Shown here: piece by piece, positions 39,117 through 49,391 of the stretch
Position numbering within the stretch: the first letter of the stretch is position 1
Layout of the letters: every line of letters begins with the position of its first letter
Origin: Candidatus Bathyarchaeota archaeon
Lineage (GTDB): Archaea; Thermoproteota; Bathyarchaeia; Bathyarchaeales; Bathycorpusculaceae
Reading direction: 5' to 3'
Assembly: GCA_963832745.1 (NCBI GenBank)
Contig: CAWHVC010000001.1
Coordinates: forward strand, 64,001-128,000
Length of the DNA: 64,000 nt
Notes under the pieces: model-generated
The model's input: the letters and a program-made list of their open reading frames with translations, nothing else
Database searches by the model: none
What the model was told of the DNA's origin: nothing
Made by a program: the position numbers and the translations under genes

Positions 39117-40067
39117 TTGGAGTGGACCAATTTTATCAAAGAAGCCAGAGAAGTCCTCATAAAAGCAACCAAATTGACTAAAAAATACGAAAATTTTGTT
39201 GCTGTTGATGAAATAGATTTTGAAGTCTACAGAGGTGAATGCGTAGGCTTCCTTGGTCCAAATGGCGCAGGAAAAACCACCACCGTGCGTATGATGTACT
39301 GTTTTCTGCCTCCAACCAGCGGCGAATTAACCCTTGCAGGCTTAAGCGTCCGTGACAAGTGCCGGGAAATCAAAAGTCTTGTCAGCGTCGCCCCACAAGA
39401 GGACAATCTTGATCCAGACTTTACAGTCATAAAAAACCTCACGGTTTACGCCCGCTACTTTGACATTCCAAAAGACGAAGCTTTGCGACGTGCTGAGGAG
39501 CAACTCAAGTTTTTCCAGCTTCAAGAAAAACGGGACGTGCCAATTGCAGCTTTATCGACTGGTATGAAGAGGCGACTGATTTTTGCCCGGGCATTAATGA
39601 ATAAACCGCAGATTCTGCTTTTAGATGAACCTACTGTTGGTCTTGACCCGCAGGCAAGGCATCTTGTTTGGAACGAAGTGCGTCAACTCAAAAAAATGCA
39701 AGTAACCATAATCCTTACAACTCATTACATGGATGAAGCTGAAGTCCTATGCGACCGCATCATAATTGTTAATCATGGAAAAATTATTGAAGATGGCAAA
39801 CCTGCTGATTTAATCAAAAAACATATCGGTGAAGACGTGCTTGAACTTGACTGCGACGAGGATTTGATTCCGCTTCTTAAGCAGACTTTTCCTGATGCAC
39901 GAATCGAAAAGCTTGGTGAACGCATGCAAGTTTTCACCTCGAAACCTCACGGCGTTTTTGAAGGGTTCCTGCGTGAACATGAGATAAAGAACGTTACTCT
40001 TCGTAAGGCTAATCTTGAAGATGTGTTCCTGAAATTAACCGGTAGGGGGCTTGGCGTAAATGACTGA
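39117..40067 (+). CDS. ABC-2 exporter ATP-binding protein (NodI-like)
   Basis: GPNGAGKT, PQEDNLDPDFTV, LDEPTVGLDPQAR, ANLEDVFLKLTGR. Confidence 0.9.
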   Translation: MEWTNFIKEAREVLIKATKLTKKYENFVAVDEIDFEVYRGECVGFLGPNGAGKTTTVRMMYCFLPPTSGELTLAGLSVRDKCREIKSLVSVAPQEDNLDPDFTVIKNLTVYARYFDIPKDEALRRAEEQLKFFQLQEKRDVPIAALSTGMKRRLIFARALMNKPQILLLDEPTVGLDPQARHLVWNEVRQLKKMQVTIILTTHYMDEAEVLCDRIIIVNHGKIIEDGKPADLIKKHIGEDVLELDCDEDLIPLLKQTFPDARIEKLGERMQVFTSKPHGVFEGFLREHEIKNVTLRKANLEDVFLKLTGRGLGVND

Positions 40068-40911
40068 AGTAAACATTCGCAAGTCACCTGCCAAATTCAG
40101 CATACCCCAAATTTCTTATCGCGTCTGGAAAGTTTGGCGCAGAAACGCTGACGTGTTTATGAAAACTATTGGCGTTAACTTTTTGCCTTCCCTGCTTGAA
40201 CCCATAATTTACCTTTTCGCTTTCGGGTTCGGTTTAGGTGGATTCATACCAGAAATCAACGGGCAACCCTACATCAACTTTATCGCGCCAGCGTTGATTG
40301 CGATTTCGTTGATGAATGGCTCCTTCTTTGAATGTACTTACGGCTCTTTTGTGCGTATGTATTACCAAAAAACTTTTGACGCCATAGTGGCCACGCCGAT
40401 TAGTGTCGAAGAAGTTATGGCTGGCGAACTGCTTTGGGGCGCCACACGTGCCACGATAAACGCTACGATTGTGCTTGCGGTCATTGCGGTTTCTGGCCTT
40501 TTTGTTTCCCAACCGTTAATCACAAGCCCCTTGTTCTTGTTGGTGCCCGTGATTGCATTCTTCGGCGGTTTAATGTTTTCAGGAATCGCCATGTGCTTTA
40601 CCGCGCTTGCGCCAAACATCGACTTTTTTAATTACCCAATATTCCTTTTCATAACGCCAATGCTGTTCTTAAGCGGAACATTCTTTCCCCTTTCGTCGCT
40701 TCCTGAAGCTGCACAAGGATTAGCTTTAGCGGTTTTGCCCTTAACGCAGGTTGTTAACTTGACCCGTGGCGCTGTTTCAGGTTCAACTGAGGTCTTGTTG
40801 GGGCTTAATACTCAAACCTTGATTCCGTTAAGCCTTGTTTGGGTTGCCGTTATCATGGTTGTGTTCTTCATAGTCAGCATTAATTTGATGAAGAAGCGTT
40901 TAATCCGCTAA
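40060..40911 (+). CDS. ABC-2 exporter permease (NodJ-like)
   Basis: VWRRN, LEPIIYL, FECTYGSFVRM..QKTFDAI, SGTFFP. Confidence 0.88.
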   Translation: MTEVNIRKSPAKFSIPQISYRVWKVWRRNADVFMKTIGVNFLPSLLEPIIYLFAFGFGLGGFIPEINGQPYINFIAPALIAISLMNGSFFECTYGSFVRMYYQKTFDAIVATPISVEEVMAGELLWGATRATINATIVLAVIAVSGLFVSQPLITSPLFLLVPVIAFFGGLMFSGIAMCFTALAPNIDFFNYPIFLFITPMLFLSGTFFPLSSLPEAAQGLALAVLPLTQVVNLTRGAVSGSTEVLLGLNTQTLIPLSLVWVAVIMVVFFIVSINLMKKRLIR

Positions 40912-40913
40912 AA

Positions 40914-41834
40914 TTAAAGCGTGATATCGTTTACTTCGGCTGCCATTAGGTAAAACGCGGCTAACCCTTTCCAATTACCCCAAGGCTCCGCAATTTTCCG
41001 TGCCTCTTCCGCATTTATTTGCTTTTTTTCACAGTAATAACGTGAAATAACTCGACGAATTCCCAAGTCATCCGCGGGCAAAGCATCAAACTTGTGCATG
41101 CCCCTAAGCATCGTTAACTCTGCACTCCAAACGCCTATTCCTCGAATTGCATCCAACTCTACAATAATGTCCTCAGGCTTCTTTTCTGCTATATGTTCAA
41201 TGTCTAGTTTGCCATCAACGATGAGTTGGGCGGCTCCATTAATATAATCGGCTTTACGTTGGCTTAACCCAGTTTGGCGGATTTCGTCTGCTTCTGCCTT
41301 AGCCAACGCGTTGGGTGTTGGAAAAGCAAAAAACGTTCCATCTTCAAGGTGCAGTTGGTCTCCAAATTTTAGTGCTAACCGCTCTTCGATGCTGCGGGCT
41401 ACCTTGATGGATATCTGCTGCTCCACGATAGAGTACACAAGTGCCTCAAAAACCGTTGCTGTTGTTGGAAATTTAAGTCCGTACAGTTTTTGGGTTATCT
41501 GTGTCATGATTGGGTCTGCTTGTACTTGCTTGTAGAAGTCTTTAAGCGGCAAGTCGATGTTGGAAATGTAGTTGATGATTTCTTGAGTTTTTTGAATTTG
41601 GCTGCTTGAAAGGGGCGCGTCCGTTTGCAGTTCAAGCGACAATTGCGGTTTATCTACTTGCCCGTTTGAGGAAAGTTTTACCAGAACCAGTTTGCCGTCG
41701 ACATTTACGACCTGTGAGAAGACGCCGTCACGAAAGCTTCGAACTTTTATATCTCCGTAAGATAAAATTTTGGAACTTAAAGCAAAATCAAATGGCGCTA
41801 CTGGTTCAATCGTCTTTTTTTCGCTGAACGTCAA
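40914..41834 (-). CDS. alkA: DNA-3-methyladenine glycosylase II (AlkA family, HhH-GPD)
   Basis: IVEQQIS, FPTP, LDAIRGIGVWSA, LPADDLG. Confidence 0.88.
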   Translation of the reverse strand: MTFSEKKTIEPVAPFDFALSSKILSYGDIKVRSFRDGVFSQVVNVDGKLVLVKLSSNGQVDKPQLSLELQTDAPLSSSQIQKTQEIINYISNIDLPLKDFYKQVQADPIMTQITQKLYGLKFPTTATVFEALVYSIVEQQISIKVARSIEERLALKFGDQLHLEDGTFFAFPTPNALAKAEADEIRQTGLSQRKADYINGAAQLIVDGKLDIEHIAEKKPEDIIVELDAIRGIGVWSAELTMLRGMHKFDALPADDLGIRRVISRYYCEKKQINAEEARKIAEPWGNWKGLAAFYLMAAEVNDITL

Positions 41835-41947
41835 GCTTTTTCCTCTTTTTCTTTAAAGAGGCGCTTGTAGTTAAGAATGTTTACGGTTCAATGTTACGAT
41901 TAGATTTTTAACCATCAAGGTTGGTATTGAATACAAGAGTGGGCTTA

Positions 41948-42626
41948 ATGACGCGTTTAGTTGTTCGAATTGGAGGCTCCGTTGTAGCTTCACCTGTTAA
42001 CACTGACCTAATGGGCAAATACGCCGACCTTTTACGCCAGATTAAACTGCAGGGACATGAGGTTGCTGTAGTCGTAGGCGGTGGAACTCTTGCCCGTGAA
42101 TTCATAGGAATCGCCAAAAACTTGGGACTCGAAGCCCCCGCACAGGACCGCATAGCCATATCTGTTTCGCGATTGTATGCGCAGTTGTTCATGGAGAAAC
42201 TGGGGGATTTGAGTTGCGGTAAAGTATCAACCTCGCTTGACGAAGCGGCGGAATGCTTTTCACAGGGAAAAATCGTGGTCATGGGGGGTTTAAAACCTGG
42301 ACACACAACTGATACAGTAGGCGCATTGGTGGCTGAACGGTTAAATGCGGATTTGCTGGTTAAAGGCACTGACCAGGAAGGTGTCTATACCAAAGACCCC
42401 CGTAAGTTCCCTGACGCAGTAAAATTGGACAAGATGACGTTCGATGATTTGGCGCAGGGTGCTTGAGTACGGCGAGCATAAGGTGGGGATTCATCAGGTG
42501 ATTGACCCAATGGCTATTGAGGTCTTAAAACGCAAAAACATGAAGTTGATTGTGTTTAACGGGTTTAAACCTGAAAACCTGCATCATGCGGCTGAAGGCA
42601 AAAACGTCGGCACAGCCATAAACTAA
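41948..42626 (+). CDS. pyrH: UMP kinase (+1 frameshift at ~42458)
   Basis: RIGGSV, VVGGGTLAR, PGHTTD, GVYTKDP; removing one G from GGG at 42457-42459 restores QVLEY...IDPMA...GTAI. Confidence 0.9.
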
Positions 42627-42948
42627 CTATTTTTTTCGCTTTTTAGTTTTTTCTTGAATCTTTTCTTTTTGGTATTGAGTGGCTGTTAAAGTGGTAACTT
42701 TAAAGTGTGCCTATTAATAGGGCAGTGAAAAATGAGCTCCATTGCTATTACTCCCAACATGTTAAGGTGCAAGGTTAGCTTGGTTAAGCGCGTGACAAGG
42801 CACATGGGCGTTACGGTCACGCTTTGAAAGCGAGATTGGCAAGGGAACAAAATTTCTCCTCGATTTTCCTATGTCTCCCATGGTTTTTTTGCGTTTTCAT
42901 ATTCTTTTGTGGGTATTTGGTTTTTTATGGTGAAAGTGGGTAAGTTTA

Positions 42949-43003
42949 AATATCACTTGATGATATCATCATCGATATCAATAACGATATCAAAGGTGAT
43001 ATG
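42949..43003. promoter_or_regulatory. Array of GATATC palindromes at 12-bp period between TATA box and padR start
   Basis: GATATC at 42962, 42974 and 42986; degenerate AATATC at 42949 and GATATG at 42998; TTTAAATA at 42945. Confidence 0.7.
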
Positions 43004-43008
43004 AAAAA

Positions 43009-43614
43009 ATGAATTTCGACCAAGAAGACGTTGAAGAAATCCGGCGCCTAAGAAGTGAACGCCACCATTTCCACCAACGTAAATGGCTGCGGCAAAACGC
43101 TATGGTCCCTAAAGGATTCATACGCTACCATGTGCTACAGGCGCTCAGCGAAAAACCAATGTCCGGCTCCGAATTAATGGAACAAATTGAAAAACACACC
43201 GGCGGAAACTGGAAACCAAGCCCCGGCTCAATATACCCACTACTCAGCTGGCTACAAGACAACAGCTACATCAAAGAATTACCAACAGAAAACGGTTTGA
43301 AACGTTACGAGATAACACAATCCGGTAAAGAACTACTTGAAGAACAAATAAAAATCCGCGAAAAATTCATGCAGGAAGGAGGACCTTTTGCAAGTCCTTT
43401 CTTTGACAGGTTCTTTAGCAATGCTCCAAAAGAGAAGACAGGCCAGATTCGTGCTTCAATGAAACGGTTAATGGTTTCAACATTAAAGCTTGCTAAATCC
43501 CTAAAAGAAAACTATTCTGAAAAAGACTTAGACGAAGCATTAAAAGTGCTCGACGAAGCCTCAGGCAAACTGGAAGAAATAAACAACAAAATCAAAAGTG
43601 AAAACAAACAATGA
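43009..43614 (+). CDS. PadR family transcriptional regulator
   Basis: VLQALSEKPMSGSEL...WKPSPGSIYPLL...YEITQSG. Confidence 0.9.
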   Translation: MNFDQEDVEEIRRLRSERHHFHQRKWLRQNAMVPKGFIRYHVLQALSEKPMSGSELMEQIEKHTGGNWKPSPGSIYPLLSWLQDNSYIKELPTENGLKRYEITQSGKELLEEQIKIREKFMQEGGPFASPFFDRFFSNAPKEKTGQIRASMKRLMVSTLKLAKSLKENYSEKDLDEALKVLDEASGKLEEINNKIKSENKQ

Positions 43615-44624
43615 GTCACCCCCAAGAAGTCATCAAAGTCGAAGGCTTAACCAAAGTCTACAATAATACCTTAACCGCAGTTGACCACATCAACTTTAGC
43701 GTTAACCGTGGAGAAATCTTTGGTTTCCTTGGACCAAACGGTGCAGGAAAAACCACAACAATCAGCATGTTAATCACCGTTACAAAACCCACAGCGGGAA
43801 AAGCCAGCATTTTGGGAGGCGACATCGCAAACCAAAGCATGGCAGTCCGCGGTGCAATCGGCGTAGTTCCACAGGAATACACTGCAGATGAAGACTTAAC
43901 CGGAAATGAAAACATCCTGCTATGTGCAGACCTTTACGGCATCCCCCGTGATGTATCTAAAAAACGTGCAGTGGAACTGCTTAAACTCGTGGAATTAACC
44001 GCTTTCAAAGATAAGCGTGTGCAAACCTACTCCGGCGGCATGCGTCGACGGTTAGAGTTGGCTTGCGGATTAATCAACAGACCACAAGTGCTTTTCCTCG
44101 ACGAACCCACTTTAGGTTTAGATGTCCAGACACGCGCGGCAACTTGGAACTACGTTAAAATGCTTAAGAAAGAATTCGGCATGACACTGTTCCTAACAAC
44201 CCATTACCTTGAAGAAGCAGACGCACTCTGCGACCGAATCGCAATAATTGACCACGGCAAAATCATCGTCACAGGCACCCCGACAGAGTTAAAAGACAGC
44301 CTCGGCGGCGACATCATCACTTTAAGCATCCAAAAAGAAGACGAAGATATCACCGGTTTAATCAGCAAAGTTGAGCACGTAAAAGAGGTCAAAAAGGAAA
44401 ACGGCGGCTACACTATCAAATCTTCAAATGGCGAATTAACCGCGCCTCTAATCATTGAAGCACTACGAAAAAGTGGACACGTAGTAACCAAACTTTCCCT
44501 AACAAAACCCACATTGAATGAAGTTTATCTGCAGTACACTGGACGTTCTATGCGTGACGCAGAAGAATCACGTGAAGGAGTAGCTCAGCAAAGAATCGCA
44601 ATGAGGAGGGCACGGTCACATTGA
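43611..44624 (+). CDS. ABC-2 exporter ATP-binding protein (DrrA-like)
   Basis: GPNGAGKT, YSGGMRRR, LDEPTLGLD, TTHYLEEA. Confidence 0.9.
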   Translation: MSHPQEVIKVEGLTKVYNNTLTAVDHINFSVNRGEIFGFLGPNGAGKTTTISMLITVTKPTAGKASILGGDIANQSMAVRGAIGVVPQEYTADEDLTGNENILLCADLYGIPRDVSKKRAVELLKLVELTAFKDKRVQTYSGGMRRRLELACGLINRPQVLFLDEPTLGLDVQTRAATWNYVKMLKKEFGMTLFLTTHYLEEADALCDRIAIIDHGKIIVTGTPTELKDSLGGDIITLSIQKEDEDITGLISKVEHVKEVKKENGGYTIKSSNGELTAPLIIEALRKSGHVVTKLSLTKPTLNEVYLQYTGRSMRDAEESREGVAQQRIAMRRARSH

Positions 44625-45466
44625 GCAGTAGTCAAGAACAGGTATCAAAAAGCAAACTACACGGTCTTTGGGCCTTAACGAACAGGGAGCTTAAGAAATG
44701 GTATCAAAACCCGTTCATTTTGGCCATGGGCGTAATTCAGCCAGTACTATGGTTAGCGTTGCTTGGAAAAGCAATGAACATTGGCAGCATCATACCAAAC
44801 AATATCCCCGGCGTTAGCTCCGCAACTATAATGTTGAGCACTTTCGGCACAACCGATTACTTCTCATTCATGGCTATGGGCATGGTAGCCTTCACAACGG
44901 TGTTCACGACAGCATTCGTGGGCATGTCGGTTGTTTGGGATAAACGCTTGGGCTTCATGAATAAAGTCTTAAGCACACCAGTCTCAAGGTCAGTAATCAT
45001 CCTGTCAAAAGTGTTTGCAGCAAGCGTACGAGCAATCTTCCAAGCACTCATCGTAACCGCAGTCGCATTCGCCCTTGGACTAGTCACCGGCACAAACTTT
45101 GGCCTATTCAGCATCCTTGGCGTATTTGCCATGGTATTCCTACTAAGCGTCGGCCTATCCTCACTGTTCACTGCGCTAACATTGCGCACCACAAGAATGG
45201 AAACCCCGCAGGCAATAATTCAGTTAATCACTTTGCCACTCATGTTTGCAAGCAGCGCCTACTTCCCGATAACACAAATGCCAGAATGGCTACAAGCAGT
45301 TGCAAGCGTAAACCCAATCAGCTACGCCATCGACGCAGTAAGACGACTAATGATATTCAGCGACGGATTCGTAGGATTACCCCTTGACTTCCTATACGTC
45401 GGTCTATTCGCAGTCATCGTAACAGCGATTTGCATTGTGCTTTCTTGGAGATACCTAAACAAGTAA
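44621..45466 (+). CDS. ABC-2 exporter permease (DrrB-like)
   Basis: QPVLWL, WDKRLGF, MPEWLQ..NPISYA. Confidence 0.88.
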   Translation: MSSSQEQVSKSKLHGLWALTNRELKKWYQNPFILAMGVIQPVLWLALLGKAMNIGSIIPNNIPGVSSATIMLSTFGTTDYFSFMAMGMVAFTTVFTTAFVGMSVVWDKRLGFMNKVLSTPVSRSVIILSKVFAASVRAIFQALIVTAVAFALGLVTGTNFGLFSILGVFAMVFLLSVGLSSLFTALTLRTTRMETPQAIIQLITLPLMFASSAYFPITQMPEWLQAVASVNPISYAIDAVRRLMIFSDGFVGLPLDFLYVGLFAVIVTAICIVLSWRYLNK

Positions 45467-45530
45467 AAAAGACGTAAAAAATGTCTTTTCCATTTTTTAC
45501 TTTTTGAATAAGAATGTTTTAACCGTAAAA

Positions 45531-46323
45531 TTATGGAGCCAACTTCATTTTCTTAAAAAAAGGCATATCATGTGAAAACATCACTTTAGCCCCGAATTCT
45601 TTCTGCAAACACCTAATTTTTTCTATGGATTCCCTAAATGAAACAGTGTCATATACTATACCCGACATTTTTGTTGGTGGACCATAATTTTCTTCAGTGT
45701 AGACTGCATCAGAGGGAAAAATCAGTTTTCCTTCATTTTCAAGATGCACCATTAACCCAAGAATCCCTGGAGTGTGTCCAGGCAGCGAGATAAGTTTGAT
45801 TTTGGTGTTTAAGCTGTAATCTTTGTCTATTAGGTGAAGCTTATCTGTTGGAATTTCAAGATCAGCTTTTACATAGGCTCCATGGTCCTTTGGGTTAACG
45901 CTTGAGTTTACCAAGTATTTTCCATATTCGTAGTCTTTTTTGTGAACGTAAATGTCTGCTTCTCTGAATAAGTTGGTATTGCCAGCGTGATCTAAATGCA
46001 GGTGTGAAAGAATTACTGTTTTAATTTCTTGAGGAGTGGTTCCAGTTAACTGGAGCTGTTTCACCAACGATTGGTTATCCTTGTAATAGTATGGGAAAAT
46101 GGTTCTCAATTCAGGTGGCCAGTACCCTTTCATTGCTTCAGGGTGACAGCCAGTATCAAACAAGATTTTTCCATCTGGTTGGTCAATAAGGACGCAATAT
46201 ACAGGTATTTTAATCCATTTTATTGGTGGCGTTTTATCTTCGAGCGTTCCACAAACAGACATTGCTACTATCCAGTTAGAGTCACCCTCAAGCCAACCGT
46301 TGTCCAAAAACGTATAGTCTCAA
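45531..46323 (-). CDS. N-acyl homoserine lactonase family metallo-beta-lactamase-fold protein (+1 frameshift near start)
   Basis: FDTG, SHLHLDHAG, PGHTPG, SDA, FSHD; removing one base of the A5 run at 46306-46310 gives the N-terminus MRLYVLDNG. Confidence 0.8.
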
Positions 46324-46526
46324 ATTAAACATCCAAAAGCCATCATCAATATTATTAGCTGTGGCTGCATTAAAGTTTCTTGACCCTAAAAGGCGGCGAC
46401 ATTTTTCTTTAATGAACTATAAATTTGCTGGATTGCACCTTTGGTGTACATCTAATTTGGACACTGTTTATATCAAACTAGCCATTTCATGAATAATTAA
46501 ATAATTATCAAGAAGCGAGATACAAA

Positions 46527-47210
46527 ATGCCAACAATAGTTGAAGCAATCAATCTTAGAAAAACTTACATGCTGGGCAAAATTCCAGTAGAAGCACTGCG
46601 AGGCGTAAACCTCAAAATCGAAGCAGGTGACTTCGTCTCTATCCTTGGCCCGTCAGGCAGCGGCAAATCCACAATGCTCAACCTCATCGGCGCCCTTGAC
46701 AAGCCAACCTCGGGCACACTACTTATCGACGGCGTAGACATCGGCAAACAAAACGATGACCAACTCTCCGAGTTACGCCTAAAAATCGGTTTTGTCTTCC
46801 AATTTTTCAATTTAATCCCCCGATTAACCGCGAAAGCAAACGTTGAATTAGCAATGTCTATCGCCAACTTAGGCAGGACAGAACGTAACAAACGTGCAGT
46901 AGAACTACTTGAAACTGTCGGCTTAAGAGACCGAATAAATCACAAACCAGCTGAACTAAGTGGAGGACAACAGCAACGTGTCGCAATCGCTCGGGCACTG
47001 GCAAATAACCCAAAATTTTTGCTGCTTGATGAACCCACAGGTAACGTTGACTCTAAAACAGCCAGCGAGGTTATGTCGTTAATCGAGAAACTCAATGAGG
47101 AAAAAGGTGTCAGCATTATCATGGTTACTCATGACCAAAAACTGGCTCATGAAGCAAAAAGAACCGTTCAAATGATTGACGGAGAAATCCAAATGGATCA
47201 GGTGAACTAA
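46527..47210 (+). CDS. ABC ATP-binding protein (LolD/MacB family)
   Basis: GPSGSGKST, GFVFQFFNLI, LSGGQQQR, DEPTGN. Confidence 0.92.
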   Translation: MPTIVEAINLRKTYMLGKIPVEALRGVNLKIEAGDFVSILGPSGSGKSTMLNLIGALDKPTSGTLLIDGVDIGKQNDDQLSELRLKIGFVFQFFNLIPRLTAKANVELAMSIANLGRTERNKRAVELLETVGLRDRINHKPAELSGGQQQRVAIARALANNPKFLLLDEPTGNVDSKTASEVMSLIEKLNEEKGVSIIMVTHDQKLAHEAKRTVQMIDGEIQMDQVN

Positions 47211-47211
47211 A

Positions 47212-48522
47212 TTGAAGACTTATGACGTTTTTGGTTACTCATTTAGCGCTATTAAACTTCGTAAACTACGTGCAGCCTTAACCACGCTTGGAGTCATCAT
47301 AGGCATCGCAGCAATCGTTGCCCTGCTTTCAATTACTCAAGGGTTACAAGCAACAATAACCGACCAGTTAAACCAAGGCTTGTCCGCTAATTCTTTAATT
47401 GTTGTTGCTGGAAGCAGCGGAGCGTTAGGAGGCGGCAACAGTGCCGGTGCAGGTGGTGGTTTCGGCGGTGGCGGAAGCATCGGAGGTGGCACGGATAGTT
47501 CAGGCTTTAATTTGTACGTGAACTATACGAGCGAAATTCAGGGTCTTTCCCCCGACATCACAGGTGCACTTGCCATAATACAACGATCAGGCTATGTTCA
47601 ATCCGAAAACCTAAACCGCAGCGTAACAATCTACGGCGTTAACTACAGTGCTTATTCACAGGCTTACAGCACATTCACAGCAGTAACAGGAACAATCCCA
47701 ACTGCCCCACAAGAAAACGATATTGTAATCGGTAACCGTGTAAGTGACCCAAGACAGAACGGTAGCCAATTCATTGTTTCAGGTAACGACATAGATTTGC
47801 TATGGCTAAACGCGACTGTACTGCCGCCAGTAAATGAAACCTATACTGCACACGTTTCAGGCGTTTTGGAAACAGTCGGCGGTTTCGGTATAGGCGGACC
47901 ATCTGACACAGGCGTCTACATTCCAATATCGCAGGCTGAAAGCTTCTTTGGAACCGACCAATGTGACATGATAATCGTAACCCTAACAAACAGCGACAAA
48001 GCTACAATAGCAAACGCTACAAGCGCAATCACTGACCATTTCGGCGGTCAAGTATCAGTGATCTCAGCAGACGCAGTACAATCTTTACTTACAAGTGTCT
48101 TTAGCACAATACAGCTCTTCCTTGGCGGAATCGCAGCAATCTCACTACTCGTTGCAGGCATCGGCATCATGAACATAATGATTGTTTCCTTAATTGAGCG
48201 TACACGCGAAATCGGCATACTCAAAGCCTTAGGCATGAAAAGCAGAACCGTGCTAATGATATTCCTTGGCGAATCAGTAATCATAGGCTTAATGGGTGCA
48301 ATCATCGGCATAATCCTTGGCTGGTCTTTGGCAAACGTTACTGCAACAGTGCTTAGCTCAGGTGTCTTCGGAAGCGGAAGCTTTGCAATTACACCGTTGT
48401 TAACTCCTGAAGTGTTGCTTGGTGCTTTAGGTTTCGGTGTGGGTGTAAGCGTAATCTTTGCGTTGTACCCGGCTTGGAGAGCTTCAAAACTTAAGCCAGT
48501 TGACGCATTGCGTTACGAATAA
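47212..48522 (+). CDS. MacB/FtsX family ABC permease
   Basis: LTTLGVIIG, GIGIMNIM, ERTREIGILKALG, YPAWRASKLKPVDALRYE. Confidence 0.92.
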   Translation: MKTYDVFGYSFSAIKLRKLRAALTTLGVIIGIAAIVALLSITQGLQATITDQLNQGLSANSLIVVAGSSGALGGGNSAGAGGGFGGGGSIGGGTDSSGFNLYVNYTSEIQGLSPDITGALAIIQRSGYVQSENLNRSVTIYGVNYSAYSQAYSTFTAVTGTIPTAPQENDIVIGNRVSDPRQNGSQFIVSGNDIDLLWLNATVLPPVNETYTAHVSGVLETVGGFGIGGPSDTGVYIPISQAESFFGTDQCDMIIVTLTNSDKATIANATSAITDHFGGQVSVISADAVQSLLTSVFSTIQLFLGGIAAISLLVAGIGIMNIMIVSLIERTREIGILKALGMKSRTVLMIFLGESVIIGLMGAIIGIILGWSLANVTATVLSSGVFGSGSFAITPLLTPEVLLGALGFGVGVSVIFALYPAWRASKLKPVDALRYE

Positions 48523-48665
48523 ACTGCCCTCCAACCCTTTTCTTTTTTCTTTTTTAACTAAACAATAGAGTTGACGGTGACATAAAACTTATATTTGATG
48601 CGTATATATTTCAATCAATCACATAACCTATTACACCATTAAACGATCCCAAGGAGGAACCAAAC

Positions 48666-48851
48666 ATAAGCACGCTCTGTTCAAAATGCCCATTCTTCCA
48701 AGTAGCACCCCTCATAAAACGCAAAAACGCACGAAAAAGATGCCGCCTTGAACCTCAAAGACAACTAAGAATCTACAAATGCAGCGACTTCCCCAAAAAA
48801 GTTGCCTTCAACCTTATCGGAAAACAGAAAAAAACTGAAAATAAACCATAG
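48666..48851 (+). CDS. Unannotated 61-aa basic 4-Cys protein with putative ATA start
   Basis: AGGAGG at 48652-48657, 8 nt before ATA; (M)STLCSKCPFF...KRCRL...YKCSDF; absent from the ORF track. Confidence 0.55.
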   Translation: MSTLCSKCPFFQVAPLIKRKNARKRCRLEPQRQLRIYKCSDFPKKVAFNLIGKQKKTENKP

Positions 48852-48896
48852 AAACTTTAAAGGCGTCGAAACAGTTACCCTTTTGAGGCACCACCT

Positions 48897-49343
48897 TTGA
48901 AGCGAATGTACCCAGACCAACCAGTAGTAGGCATAGGAGTAGTTTTAATCAGTAAAGGCAAAATGGTTCTGGCTAAACGTGGAAATGAACCTGGGAAAGG
49001 TAAATGGGCAAACCCAGGCGGCATAGTTGAACTCGGCGAAAGCATCCTTACTACAGTAATTAGGGAAGCTAAAGAGGAAACCTGCCTTGACGTGGTCGAC
49101 CCCCAACTTGTGGATGTCGTAGACACAGTTACGCTCGATGAAGAAAGCAAGATTAAGTATCATTATGTGATTGTTGACTATTTTGTTAAAGTCAAAAGCG
49201 GCGAGCTTAAGGCTGAAAGCGACGTTGTAGAGTTGCGTTGGGTACCCTTTAAAGAAGTAGAAACCTATGTTCTAACAACTTCATTTAGGGAATTTTTCGT
49301 AAAAAACCGTTCTAAACTCGAACAGTTAGACTCCTATAATTAA
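48897..49343 (+). CDS. NUDIX hydrolase
   Basis: Nudix box GGIVELGE.......REAKEETCL. Confidence 0.9.
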   Translation: MKRMYPDQPVVGIGVVLISKGKMVLAKRGNEPGKGKWANPGGIVELGESILTTVIREAKEETCLDVVDPQLVDVVDTVTLDEESKIKYHYVIVDYFVKVKSGELKAESDVVELRWVPFKEVETYVLTTSFREFFVKNRSKLEQLDSYN

Positions 49344-49391
49344 ACAGTTTTTCTACTTAGCATTTTAATGTTGAGCTTTCGGTAACTTGTT

